Source of the DNA: Desulfatiglandales bacterium
Lineage (GTDB): Bacteria > Desulfobacterota > DSM-4660 > Desulfatiglandales > Desulfatiglandaceae
DNA: 64,000 bases
Reading direction: 5' to 3'
Assembly (NCBI GenBank): GCA_963662465.1
Contig: OY759599.1
Coordinates: 4,416,001-4,480,000, forward strand
This document shows positions 1 to 9,365 of the stretch, piece by piece. The notes beneath the pieces were generated by a model. The model made no database searches, was not told the origin of the DNA, and worked only from the letters and a program-made list of their open reading frames with translations. The first letter of the stretch is position 1, and each line of letters starts with the position of its first letter. Made by a program: the position numbers and the translations under genes.

Positions 1-1116
1 CTTTCTTACCGGTGCAACTATTTTCAACGTAATAAGACGTTTCCCGCAAACTGGGCAACAATCCGGTTGCTCGTCGCTTCGCTGCTGCCACAGACTCTGC
101 CAGTCCAGAAATTCCGTATCTTCAAGTGCCGGTTGTCCCAGTATTTCCCGGCAGCGTGCCAGTTCTTTTTTTGCGTTGTGATGGTAAAGGCCGTATGAAC
201 GCACCATCATGGAATTCGCCAGGGGAACGTGTTGCAGGTAGCGGCCGATAAAGGTTTGAATCGGCAAGGTAATGAGTCTTACCCGCTCACGACCGTAATT
301 GAAGGTGACGTTTCCGTTTTCAATGCGGAAGATGCGTTTATTTGAGATCGGTCCGCCTCTCAGATACCGGGCCAGGTAAATTAAGACCCCTTCTCCGTAT
401 GAATAGGTCTCCTTGAGTTTAACGTTCCACTTCTTACGGCGCCCCAACTTATTAAACAGGTTTCGCGCCTGCTGCGGTCCCATGCCTTCGGGCAGAATCA
501 GTTCTTCACGGGCAAGGGCTTTTCTCAAATAGTGGAGATATTTTCCTCGAAAAACCGCCCGGACAATGCCAAACGGCAGAAGAAACGTTTTTGATGAAGC
601 AATCCACTCGCCGGCGGACAGACCACCGGCCGTCACCAAACAATGCAAATGGGGATGAAAATCCAATTTTCGGCTCCAGGTATGCAACGAGGCAATGATG
701 CCGACTTTGGCCCCCAAATGCTTCGGGTCTCCAAGGAGTTCGGAAAGGGTCTCGGTCGCGCTTTTGAACAGCAGATTAGCCATGACTTTACGGTTCAGCC
801 GCCATAAGTCATGCAATTCATCGGAGATGGTGAAAATAACGTGGAAATGCTCGGCACTCAGGAGTCGGGCCTTTTGTTTCGCCAGCCACCGCTCAACCTG
901 GGTGAAGGCGCAGAGTGGGCACATACGGTGTTTACACGAGTTATACCAGACCCTCTGGAAGTGACCATCCGGACATGCCTGGACGTGCCCCCCCAGAATG
1001 GACGTGCGGCAGGACATCAGACGATGAGCCGCCTCACGAATATGTTCCGGAAGACAATGCGTCTGATTATAGAGGGCATAGCCAAGAAGAAAGATGCCCT
1101 GAATCGTCGTTTCCAC
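1..1116 (-). CDS. IS91-family (HUH/Y2) transposase, copy 6; 3' end lies outside the window
   Basis: Sequence matches the other copies at a 1609-bp offset. Confidence 0.9.
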   Translation of the reverse strand, partial: METTIQGIFLLGYALYNQTHCLPEHIREAAHRLMSCRTSILGGHVQACPDGHFQRVWYNSCKHRMCPLCAFTQVERWLAKQKARLLSAEHFHVIFTISDELHDLWRLNRKVMANLLFKSATETLSELLGDPKHLGAKVGIIASLHTWSRKLDFHPHLHCLVTAGGLSAGEWIASSKTFLLPFGIVRAVFRGKYLHYLRKALAREELILPEGMGPQQARNLFNKLGRRKKWNVKLKETYSYGEGVLIYLARYLRGGPISNKRIFRIENGNVTFNYGRERVRLITLPIQTFIGRYLQHVPLANSMMVRSYGLYHHNAKKELARCREILGQPALEDTEFLDWQSLWQQRSDEQPDCCPVCGKRLITLKIVAPVRK

Positions 1117-1177
1117 TGCGATTTCACCTATTTCTACCAATTTTCGACGTTAAGTTCCCCCGCTGTCCAGCGGGTCT

Positions 1178-1308
1178 GTCCAACGTTTAGTTAACTGGAA
1201 AACGGGTTCAAAAAAATATATTATCATTCCAGCTGGTGACTTCGTAGGAACCAACGCATTTCGGTTTATCTCCCAATACCAGTTTTCCAGTTCAACGGGG
1301 TGTTGGAC
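1178..1308 (-). other. attC: attC site (131 bp)
   Basis: Minus strand: R'' GTCCAAC, 5-nt spacer, L'' GTTGAAC, stem TGGAAAAC...GTTTTCCA, L' GTTAAC, 5-nt spacer, R' GTTGGAC. There is one extra base in L'' and a second unpaired base further up the stem, as in canonical attC. Confidence 0.92.
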
Positions 1309-1549
1309 AGAGCCGCGGGTCATCAGCACATACTTTGCCGGAAGCAGGAGATCGGCTATGGAGATTAAGGGAGCTTCTCAGCTGTCGCGTGACCTCTTTT
1401 TAACCCGTCATGGCCGGTTAAGGATGATAAAATTCCTGCTTTCAATTGCATGATCCGTCAAAAACCCTGAAATATCGCGTTATTTATCCCTTTACCAAAC
1501 GCCTCGCCATTCAAGTGCCTTTTTGAATATGCTCATGTTTATTATCGTT

Positions 1550-2725
1550 TTACGCTGCCTGTGCATATACCGTATCCGGGTCCTTATTGAACCTCGGAAG
1601 ACTTTTTGACTTTCTTACCGGTGCAACTATTTTCAACGTAATAAGACGTTTCCCGCAAACTGGGCAACAATCCGGTTGCTCGTCGCTTCGCTGCTGCCAC
1701 AGACTCTGCCAGTCCAGAAATTCCGTATCTTCAAGTGCCGGTTGTCCCAGTATTTCCCGGCAGCGTGCCAGTTCTTTTTTTGCGTTGTGATGGTAAAGGC
1801 CGTATGAACGCACCATCATGGAATTCGCCAGGGGAACGTGTTGCAGGTAGCGGCCGATAAAGGTTTGAATCGGCAAGGTAATGAGTCTTACCCGCTCACG
1901 ACCGTAATTGAAGGTGACGTTTCCGTTTTCAATGCGGAAGATGCGTTTATTTGAGATCGGTCCGCCTCTCAGATACCGGGCCAGGTAAATTAAGACCCCT
2001 TCTCCGTATGAATAGGTCTCCTTGAGTTTAACGTTCCACTTCTTACGGCGCCCCAACTTATTAAACAGGTTTCGCGCCTGCTGCGGTCCCATGCCTTCGG
2101 GCAGAATCAGTTCTTCACGGGCAAGGGCTTTTCTCAAATAGTGGAGATATTTTCCTCGAAAAACCGCCCGGACAATGCCAAACGGCAGAAGAAACGTTTT
2201 TGATGAAGCAATCCACTCGCCGGCGGACAGACCACCGGCCGTCACCAAACAATGCAAATGGGGATGAAAATCCAATTTTCGGCTCCAGGTATGCAACGAG
2301 GCAATGATGCCGACTTTGGCCCCCAAATGCTTCGGGTCTCCAAGGAGTTCGGAAAGGGTCTCGGTCGCGCTTTTGAACAGCAGATTAGCCATGACTTTAC
2401 GGTTCAGCCGCCATAAGTCATGCAATTCATCGGAGATGGTGAAAATAACGTGGAAATGCTCGGCACTCAGGAGTCGGGCCTTTTGTTTCGCCAGCCACCG
2501 CTCAACCTGGGTGAAGGCGCAGAGTGGGCACATACGGTGTTTACACGAGTTATACCAGACCCTCTGGAAGTGACCATCCGGACATGCCTGGACGTGCCCC
2601 CCCAGAATGGACGTGCGGCAGGACATCAGACGATGAGCCGCCTCACGAATATGTTCCGGAAGACAATGCGTCTGATTATAGAGGGCATAGCCAAGAAGAA
2701 AGATGCCCTGAATCGTCGTTTCCAC
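1550..2725 (-). CDS. IS91-family (HUH/Y2) rolling-circle transposase, copy 5
   Basis: Zn-binding CRT..GGH...C...NSCKHRMCPLC, HVIFT, HUH motif HPHLH, Y2 motif YLARY, C-terminal CPVCG. A GTG start with AGGTGA RBS is preferred over the TTG at 2749. Confidence 0.95.
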   Translation of the reverse strand: METTIQGIFLLGYALYNQTHCLPEHIREAAHRLMSCRTSILGGHVQACPDGHFQRVWYNSCKHRMCPLCAFTQVERWLAKQKARLLSAEHFHVIFTISDELHDLWRLNRKVMANLLFKSATETLSELLGDPKHLGAKVGIIASLHTWSRKLDFHPHLHCLVTAGGLSAGEWIASSKTFLLPFGIVRAVFRGKYLHYLRKALAREELILPEGMGPQQARNLFNKLGRRKKWNVKLKETYSYGEGVLIYLARYLRGGPISNKRIFRIENGNVTFNYGRERVRLITLPIQTFIGRYLQHVPLANSMMVRSYGLYHHNAKKELARCREILGQPALEDTEFLDWQSLWQQRSDEQPDCCPVCGKRLITLKIVAPVRKSKSLPRFNKDPDTVYAQAA

Positions 2726-2786
2726 TGCGATTTCACCTATTTCTACCAATTTTCGACGTTAAGTTCCCCCGCTGTCCAGCGGGTCT

Positions 2787-2917
2787 GTCCAACGTTTAGT
2801 TAACTGGAAAACGGGTTCAAAAAAATATATTATCATTCCAGCTGGTGACTTCGTAGGAACCAACGCATTTCGGTTTATCTCCCAATACCAGTTTTCCAGT
2901 TCAACGGGGTGTTGGAC
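2787..2917 (-). other. attC: attC site
   Basis: Same as 1178-1308. Confidence 0.92.
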
Positions 2918-3158
2918 AGAGCCGCGGGTCATCAGCACATACTTTGCCGGAAGCAGGAGATCGGCTATGGAGATTAAGGGAGCTTCTCAGCTGTCGCGTG
3001 ACCTCTTTTTAACCCGTCATGGCCGGTTAAGGATGATAAAATTCCTGCTTTCAATTGCATGATCCGTCAAAAACCCTGAAATATCGCGTTATTTATCCCT
3101 TTACCAAACGCCTCGCCATTCAAGTGCCTTTTTGAATATGCTCATGTTTATTATCGTT

Positions 3159-4334
3159 TTACGCTGCCTGTGCATATACCGTATCCGGGTCCTTATTGAA
3201 CCTCGGAAGACTTTTTGACTTTCTTACCGGTGCAACTATTTTCAACGTAATAAGACGTTTCCCGCAAACTGGGCAACAATCCGGTTGCTCGTCGCTTCGC
3301 TGCTGCCACAGACTCTGCCAGTCCAGAAATTCCGTATCTTCAAGTGCCGGTTGTCCCAGTATTTCCCGGCAGCGTGCCAGTTCTTTTTTTGCGTTGTGAT
3401 GGTAAAGGCCGTATGAACGCACCATCATGGAATTCGCCAGGGGAACGTGTTGCAGGTAGCGGCCGATAAAGGTTTGAATCGGCAAGGTAATGAGTCTTAC
3501 CCGCTCACGACCGTAATTGAAGGTGACGTTTCCGTTTTCAATGCGGAAGATGCGTTTATTTGAGATCGGTCCGCCTCTCAGATACCGGGCCAGGTAAATT
3601 AAGACCCCTTCTCCGTATGAATAGGTCTCCTTGAGTTTAACGTTCCACTTCTTACGGCGCCCCAACTTATTAAACAGGTTTCGCGCCTGCTGCGGTCCCA
3701 TGCCTTCGGGCAGAATCAGTTCTTCACGGGCAAGGGCTTTTCTCAAATAGTGGAGATATTTTCCTCGAAAAACCGCCCGGACAATGCCAAACGGCAGAAG
3801 AAACGTTTTTGATGAAGCAATCCACTCGCCGGCGGACAGACCACCGGCCGTCACCAAACAATGCAAATGGGGATGAAAATCCAATTTTCGGCTCCAGGTA
3901 TGCAACGAGGCAATGATGCCGACTTTGGCCCCCAAATGCTTCGGGTCTCCAAGGAGTTCGGAAAGGGTCTCGGTCGCGCTTTTGAACAGCAGATTAGCCA
4001 TGACTTTACGGTTCAGCCGCCATAAGTCATGCAATTCATCGGAGATGGTGAAAATAACGTGGAAATGCTCGGCACTCAGGAGTCGGGCCTTTTGTTTCGC
4101 CAGCCACCGCTCAACCTGGGTGAAGGCGCAGAGTGGGCACATACGGTGTTTACACGAGTTATACCAGACCCTCTGGAAGTGACCATCCGGACATGCCTGG
4201 ACGTGCCCCCCCAGAATGGACGTGCGGCAGGACATCAGACGATGAGCCGCCTCACGAATATGTTCCGGAAGACAATGCGTCTGATTATAGAGGGCATAGC
4301 CAAGAAGAAAGATGCCCTGAATCGTCGTTTCCAC
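3159..4334 (-). CDS. IS91-family transposase, copy 4
   Basis: Identical translation. Confidence 0.95.
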   Translation of the reverse strand: METTIQGIFLLGYALYNQTHCLPEHIREAAHRLMSCRTSILGGHVQACPDGHFQRVWYNSCKHRMCPLCAFTQVERWLAKQKARLLSAEHFHVIFTISDELHDLWRLNRKVMANLLFKSATETLSELLGDPKHLGAKVGIIASLHTWSRKLDFHPHLHCLVTAGGLSAGEWIASSKTFLLPFGIVRAVFRGKYLHYLRKALAREELILPEGMGPQQARNLFNKLGRRKKWNVKLKETYSYGEGVLIYLARYLRGGPISNKRIFRIENGNVTFNYGRERVRLITLPIQTFIGRYLQHVPLANSMMVRSYGLYHHNAKKELARCREILGQPALEDTEFLDWQSLWQQRSDEQPDCCPVCGKRLITLKIVAPVRKSKSLPRFNKDPDTVYAQAA

Positions 4335-4395
4335 TGCGATTTCACCTATTTCTACCAATTTTCGACGTTAAGTTCCCCCGCTGTCCAGCGGGTCT

Positions 4396-4526
4396 GTCCA
4401 ACGTTTAGTTAACTGGAAAACGGGTTCAAAAAAATATATTATCATTCCAGCTGGTGACTTCGTAGGAACCAACGCATTTCGGTTTATCTCCCAATACCAG
4501 TTTTCCAGTTCAACGGGGTGTTGGAC
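4396..4526 (-). other. attC: attC site
   Basis: Same as 1178-1308. Confidence 0.92.
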
Positions 4527-4767
4527 AGAGCCGCGGGTCATCAGCACATACTTTGCCGGAAGCAGGAGATCGGCTATGGAGATTAAGGGAGCTTCTCAGC
4601 TGTCGCGTGACCTCTTTTTAACCCGTCATGGCCGGTTAAGGATGATAAAATTCCTGCTTTCAATTGCATGATCCGTCAAAAACCCTGAAATATCGCGTTA
4701 TTTATCCCTTTACCAAACGCCTCGCCATTCAAGTGCCTTTTTGAATATGCTCATGTTTATTATCGTT

Positions 4768-5943
4768 TTACGCTGCCTGTGCATATACCGTATCCGGGTC
4801 CTTATTGAACCTCGGAAGACTTTTTGACTTTCTTACCGGTGCAACTATTTTCAACGTAATAAGACGTTTCCCGCAAACTGGGCAACAATCCGGTTGCTCG
4901 TCGCTTCGCTGCTGCCACAGACTCTGCCAGTCCAGAAATTCCGTATCTTCAAGTGCCGGTTGTCCCAGTATTTCCCGGCAGCGTGCCAGTTCTTTTTTTG
5001 CGTTGTGATGGTAAAGGCCGTATGAACGCACCATCATGGAATTCGCCAGGGGAACGTGTTGCAGGTAGCGGCCGATAAAGGTTTGAATCGGCAAGGTAAT
5101 GAGTCTTACCCGCTCACGACCGTAATTGAAGGTGACGTTTCCGTTTTCAATGCGGAAGATGCGTTTATTTGAGATCGGTCCGCCTCTCAGATACCGGGCC
5201 AGGTAAATTAAGACCCCTTCTCCGTATGAATAGGTCTCCTTGAGTTTAACGTTCCACTTCTTACGGCGCCCCAACTTATTAAACAGGTTTCGCGCCTGCT
5301 GCGGTCCCATGCCTTCGGGCAGAATCAGTTCTTCACGGGCAAGGGCTTTTCTCAAATAGTGGAGATATTTTCCTCGAAAAACCGCCCGGACAATGCCAAA
5401 CGGCAGAAGAAACGTTTTTGATGAAGCAATCCACTCGCCGGCGGACAGACCACCGGCCGTCACCAAACAATGCAAATGGGGATGAAAATCCAATTTTCGG
5501 CTCCAGGTATGCAACGAGGCAATGATGCCGACTTTGGCCCCCAAATGCTTCGGGTCTCCAAGGAGTTCGGAAAGGGTCTCGGTCGCGCTTTTGAACAGCA
5601 GATTAGCCATGACTTTACGGTTCAGCCGCCATAAGTCATGCAATTCATCGGAGATGGTGAAAATAACGTGGAAATGCTCGGCACTCAGGAGTCGGGCCTT
5701 TTGTTTCGCCAGCCACCGCTCAACCTGGGTGAAGGCGCAGAGTGGGCACATACGGTGTTTACACGAGTTATACCAGACCCTCTGGAAGTGACCATCCGGA
5801 CATGCCTGGACGTGCCCCCCCAGAATGGACGTGCGGCAGGACATCAGACGATGAGCCGCCTCACGAATATGTTCCGGAAGACAATGCGTCTGATTATAGA
5901 GGGCATAGCCAAGAAGAAAGATGCCCTGAATCGTCGTTTCCAC
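4768..5943 (-). CDS. IS91-family transposase, copy 3
   Basis: Identical translation. Confidence 0.95.
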   Translation of the reverse strand: METTIQGIFLLGYALYNQTHCLPEHIREAAHRLMSCRTSILGGHVQACPDGHFQRVWYNSCKHRMCPLCAFTQVERWLAKQKARLLSAEHFHVIFTISDELHDLWRLNRKVMANLLFKSATETLSELLGDPKHLGAKVGIIASLHTWSRKLDFHPHLHCLVTAGGLSAGEWIASSKTFLLPFGIVRAVFRGKYLHYLRKALAREELILPEGMGPQQARNLFNKLGRRKKWNVKLKETYSYGEGVLIYLARYLRGGPISNKRIFRIENGNVTFNYGRERVRLITLPIQTFIGRYLQHVPLANSMMVRSYGLYHHNAKKELARCREILGQPALEDTEFLDWQSLWQQRSDEQPDCCPVCGKRLITLKIVAPVRKSKSLPRFNKDPDTVYAQAA

Positions 5944-6004
5944 TGCGATTTCACCTATTTCTACCAATTTTCGACGTTAAGTTCCCCCGCTGTCCAGCGG
6001 GTCT

Positions 6005-6135
6005 GTCCAACGTTTAGTTAACTGGAAAACGGGTTCAAAAAAATATATTATCATTCCAGCTGGTGACTTCGTAGGAACCAACGCATTTCGGTTTATCTCC
6101 CAATACCAGTTTTCCAGTTCAACGGGGTGTTGGAC
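6005..6135 (-). other. attC: attC site
   Basis: Same as 1178-1308. Confidence 0.92.
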
Positions 6136-6376
6136 AGAGCCGCGGGTCATCAGCACATACTTTGCCGGAAGCAGGAGATCGGCTATGGAGATTAAGGGAG
6201 CTTCTCAGCTGTCGCGTGACCTCTTTTTAACCCGTCATGGCCGGTTAAGGATGATAAAATTCCTGCTTTCAATTGCATGATCCGTCAAAAACCCTGAAAT
6301 ATCGCGTTATTTATCCCTTTACCAAACGCCTCGCCATTCAAGTGCCTTTTTGAATATGCTCATGTTTATTATCGTT

Positions 6377-7552
6377 TTACGCTGCCTGTGCATATACCGT
6401 ATCCGGGTCCTTATTGAACCTCGGAAGACTTTTTGACTTTCTTACCGGTGCAACTATTTTCAACGTAATAAGACGTTTCCCGCAAACTGGGCAACAATCC
6501 GGTTGCTCGTCGCTTCGCTGCTGCCACAGACTCTGCCAGTCCAGAAATTCCGTATCTTCAAGTGCCGGTTGTCCCAGTATTTCCCGGCAGCGTGCCAGTT
6601 CTTTTTTTGCGTTGTGATGGTAAAGGCCGTATGAACGCACCATCATGGAATTCGCCAGGGGAACGTGTTGCAGGTAGCGGCCGATAAAGGTTTGAATCGG
6701 CAAGGTAATGAGTCTTACCCGCTCACGACCGTAATTGAAGGTGACGTTTCCGTTTTCAATGCGGAAGATGCGTTTATTTGAGATCGGTCCGCCTCTCAGA
6801 TACCGGGCCAGGTAAATTAAGACCCCTTCTCCGTATGAATAGGTCTCCTTGAGTTTAACGTTCCACTTCTTACGGCGCCCCAACTTATTAAACAGGTTTC
6901 GCGCCTGCTGCGGTCCCATGCCTTCGGGCAGAATCAGTTCTTCACGGGCAAGGGCTTTTCTCAAATAGTGGAGATATTTTCCTCGAAAAACCGCCCGGAC
7001 AATGCCAAACGGCAGAAGAAACGTTTTTGATGAAGCAATCCACTCGCCGGCGGACAGACCACCGGCCGTCACCAAACAATGCAAATGGGGATGAAAATCC
7101 AATTTTCGGCTCCAGGTATGCAACGAGGCAATGATGCCGACTTTGGCCCCCAAATGCTTCGGGTCTCCAAGGAGTTCGGAAAGGGTCTCGGTCGCGCTTT
7201 TGAACAGCAGATTAGCCATGACTTTACGGTTCAGCCGCCATAAGTCATGCAATTCATCGGAGATGGTGAAAATAACGTGGAAATGCTCGGCACTCAGGAG
7301 TCGGGCCTTTTGTTTCGCCAGCCACCGCTCAACCTGGGTGAAGGCGCAGAGTGGGCACATACGGTGTTTACACGAGTTATACCAGACCCTCTGGAAGTGA
7401 CCATCCGGACATGCCTGGACGTGCCCCCCCAGAATGGACGTGCGGCAGGACATCAGACGATGAGCCGCCTCACGAATATGTTCCGGAAGACAATGCGTCT
7501 GATTATAGAGGGCATAGCCAAGAAGAAAGATGCCCTGAATCGTCGTTTCCAC
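6377..7552 (-). CDS. IS91-family transposase, copy 2
   Basis: Identical translation. Confidence 0.95.
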   Translation of the reverse strand: METTIQGIFLLGYALYNQTHCLPEHIREAAHRLMSCRTSILGGHVQACPDGHFQRVWYNSCKHRMCPLCAFTQVERWLAKQKARLLSAEHFHVIFTISDELHDLWRLNRKVMANLLFKSATETLSELLGDPKHLGAKVGIIASLHTWSRKLDFHPHLHCLVTAGGLSAGEWIASSKTFLLPFGIVRAVFRGKYLHYLRKALAREELILPEGMGPQQARNLFNKLGRRKKWNVKLKETYSYGEGVLIYLARYLRGGPISNKRIFRIENGNVTFNYGRERVRLITLPIQTFIGRYLQHVPLANSMMVRSYGLYHHNAKKELARCREILGQPALEDTEFLDWQSLWQQRSDEQPDCCPVCGKRLITLKIVAPVRKSKSLPRFNKDPDTVYAQAA

Positions 7553-7613
7553 TGCGATTTCACCTATTTCTACCAATTTTCGACGTTAAGTTCCCCCGCT
7601 GTCCAGCGGGTCT

Positions 7614-7744
7614 GTCCAACGTTTAGTTAACTGGAAAACGGGTTCAAAAAAATATATTATCATTCCAGCTGGTGACTTCGTAGGAACCAACGCATTTCGG
7701 TTTATCTCCCAATACCAGTTTTCCAGTTCAACGGGGTGTTGGAC
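7614..7744 (-). other. attC: attC site
   Basis: Same as 1178-1308. Confidence 0.92.
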
Positions 7745-7985
7745 AGAGCCGCGGGTCATCAGCACATACTTTGCCGGAAGCAGGAGATCGGCTATGGAGA
7801 TTAAGGGAGCTTCTCAGCTGTCGCGTGACCTCTTTTTAACCCGTCATGGCCGGTTAAGGATGATAAAATTCCTGCTTTCAATTGCATGATCCGTCAAAAA
7901 CCCTGAAATATCGCGTTATTTATCCCTTTACCAAACGCCTCGCCATTCAAGTGCCTTTTTGAATATGCTCATGTTTATTATCGTT

Positions 7986-9161
7986 TTACGCTGCCTGTGC
8001 ATATACCGTATCCGGGTCCTTATTGAACCTCGGAAGACTTTTTGACTTTCTTACCGGTGCAACTATTTTCAACGTAATAAGACGTTTCCCGCAAACTGGG
8101 CAACAATCCGGTTGCTCGTCGCTTCGCTGCTGCCACAGACTCTGCCAGTCCAGAAATTCCGTATCTTCAAGTGCCGGTTGTCCCAGTATTTCCCGGCAGC
8201 GTGCCAGTTCTTTTTTTGCGTTGTGATGGTAAAGGCCGTATGAACGCACCATCATGGAATTCGCCAGGGGAACGTGTTGCAGGTAGCGGCCGATAAAGGT
8301 TTGAATCGGCAAGGTAATGAGTCTTACCCGCTCACGACCGTAATTGAAGGTGACGTTTCCGTTTTCAATGCGGAAGATGCGTTTATTTGAGATCGGTCCG
8401 CCTCTCAGATACCGGGCCAGGTAAATTAAGACCCCTTCTCCGTATGAATAGGTCTCCTTGAGTTTAACGTTCCACTTCTTACGGCGCCCCAACTTATTAA
8501 ACAGGTTTCGCGCCTGCTGCGGTCCCATGCCTTCGGGCAGAATCAGTTCTTCACGGGCAAGGGCTTTTCTCAAATAGTGGAGATATTTTCCTCGAAAAAC
8601 CGCCCGGACAATGCCAAACGGCAGAAGAAACGTTTTTGATGAAGCAATCCACTCGCCGGCGGACAGACCACCGGCCGTCACCAAACAATGCAAATGGGGA
8701 TGAAAATCCAATTTTCGGCTCCAGGTATGCAACGAGGCAATGATGCCGACTTTGGCCCCCAAATGCTTCGGGTCTCCAAGGAGTTCGGAAAGGGTCTCGG
8801 TCGCGCTTTTGAACAGCAGATTAGCCATGACTTTACGGTTCAGCCGCCATAAGTCATGCAATTCATCGGAGATGGTGAAAATAACGTGGAAATGCTCGGC
8901 ACTCAGGAGTCGGGCCTTTTGTTTCGCCAGCCACCGCTCAACCTGGGTGAAGGCGCAGAGTGGGCACATACGGTGTTTACACGAGTTATACCAGACCCTC
9001 TGGAAGTGACCATCCGGACATGCCTGGACGTGCCCCCCCAGAATGGACGTGCGGCAGGACATCAGACGATGAGCCGCCTCACGAATATGTTCCGGAAGAC
9101 AATGCGTCTGATTATAGAGGGCATAGCCAAGAAGAAAGATGCCCTGAATCGTCGTTTCCAC
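7986..9161 (-). CDS. IS91-family transposase, copy 1 (attI-proximal)
   Basis: Identical translation. Confidence 0.95.
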   Translation of the reverse strand: METTIQGIFLLGYALYNQTHCLPEHIREAAHRLMSCRTSILGGHVQACPDGHFQRVWYNSCKHRMCPLCAFTQVERWLAKQKARLLSAEHFHVIFTISDELHDLWRLNRKVMANLLFKSATETLSELLGDPKHLGAKVGIIASLHTWSRKLDFHPHLHCLVTAGGLSAGEWIASSKTFLLPFGIVRAVFRGKYLHYLRKALAREELILPEGMGPQQARNLFNKLGRRKKWNVKLKETYSYGEGVLIYLARYLRGGPISNKRIFRIENGNVTFNYGRERVRLITLPIQTFIGRYLQHVPLANSMMVRSYGLYHHNAKKELARCREILGQPALEDTEFLDWQSLWQQRSDEQPDCCPVCGKRLITLKIVAPVRKSKSLPRFNKDPDTVYAQAA

Positions 9162-9222
9162 TGCGATTTCACCTATTTCTACCAATTTTCGACGTTAAGT
9201 TCCCCCGCTGTCCAGCGGGTCT

Positions 9223-9330
9223 GTCCAACAGTCCTAATAGGTGGAAAATTTTCCACCTATTAGCCCTATAACATGGAAAAAATTCCATCTATTGCCATAT
9301 TGAAGTCTAAAACATGGAAAAAATCCTATT
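9223..9330 (-). other. attI: attI site (core G/TTGGAC at 9229-9223; upstream extent uncertain)
   Basis: Similarity to the cassette stops exactly at the G of GTT. The site is immediately upstream of intI and is followed by a palindrome and direct repeats. Confidence 0.8.
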
Positions 9331-9365
9331 GACTTTTCCATCTATTGCGCAATATCGTCAATAGC

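Larger units (their letters stand above)
1..9228 (-). repeat. Tandem array of 1609-bp integron cassettes. Complete units: 7620-9228, 6011-7619, 4402-6010, 2793-4401, 1184-2792. Partial unit: 1-1183, continuing off the window
   Basis: All ORFs recur with exact 1609-bp periodicity and identical translations; spot-checked DNA is identical. Periodicity ends immediately after GTCCAAC at 9229. Confidence 0.97.

Noticed and set aside
1..9228. CRISPR-like array, or plain tandem IS insertions with TIR/TSD
   Set aside because: There are no unique spacers and no cas genes. The only long inverted repeat is the attC, there is no target duplication, and the boundary is the integron crossover.
695..9271. 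Repeated + strand ORFs (67, 89, 91, 127, 135 aa) within the array
   Set aside because: These are antisense shadows of the transposase with no recognisable motifs.
9329..9358. Possible intI promoter TTGACT-N18-TATCGT, and a LexA box
   Set aside because: The -10 match is weak and I saw no E. coli-type CTGT-N8-ACAG box; not supportable.
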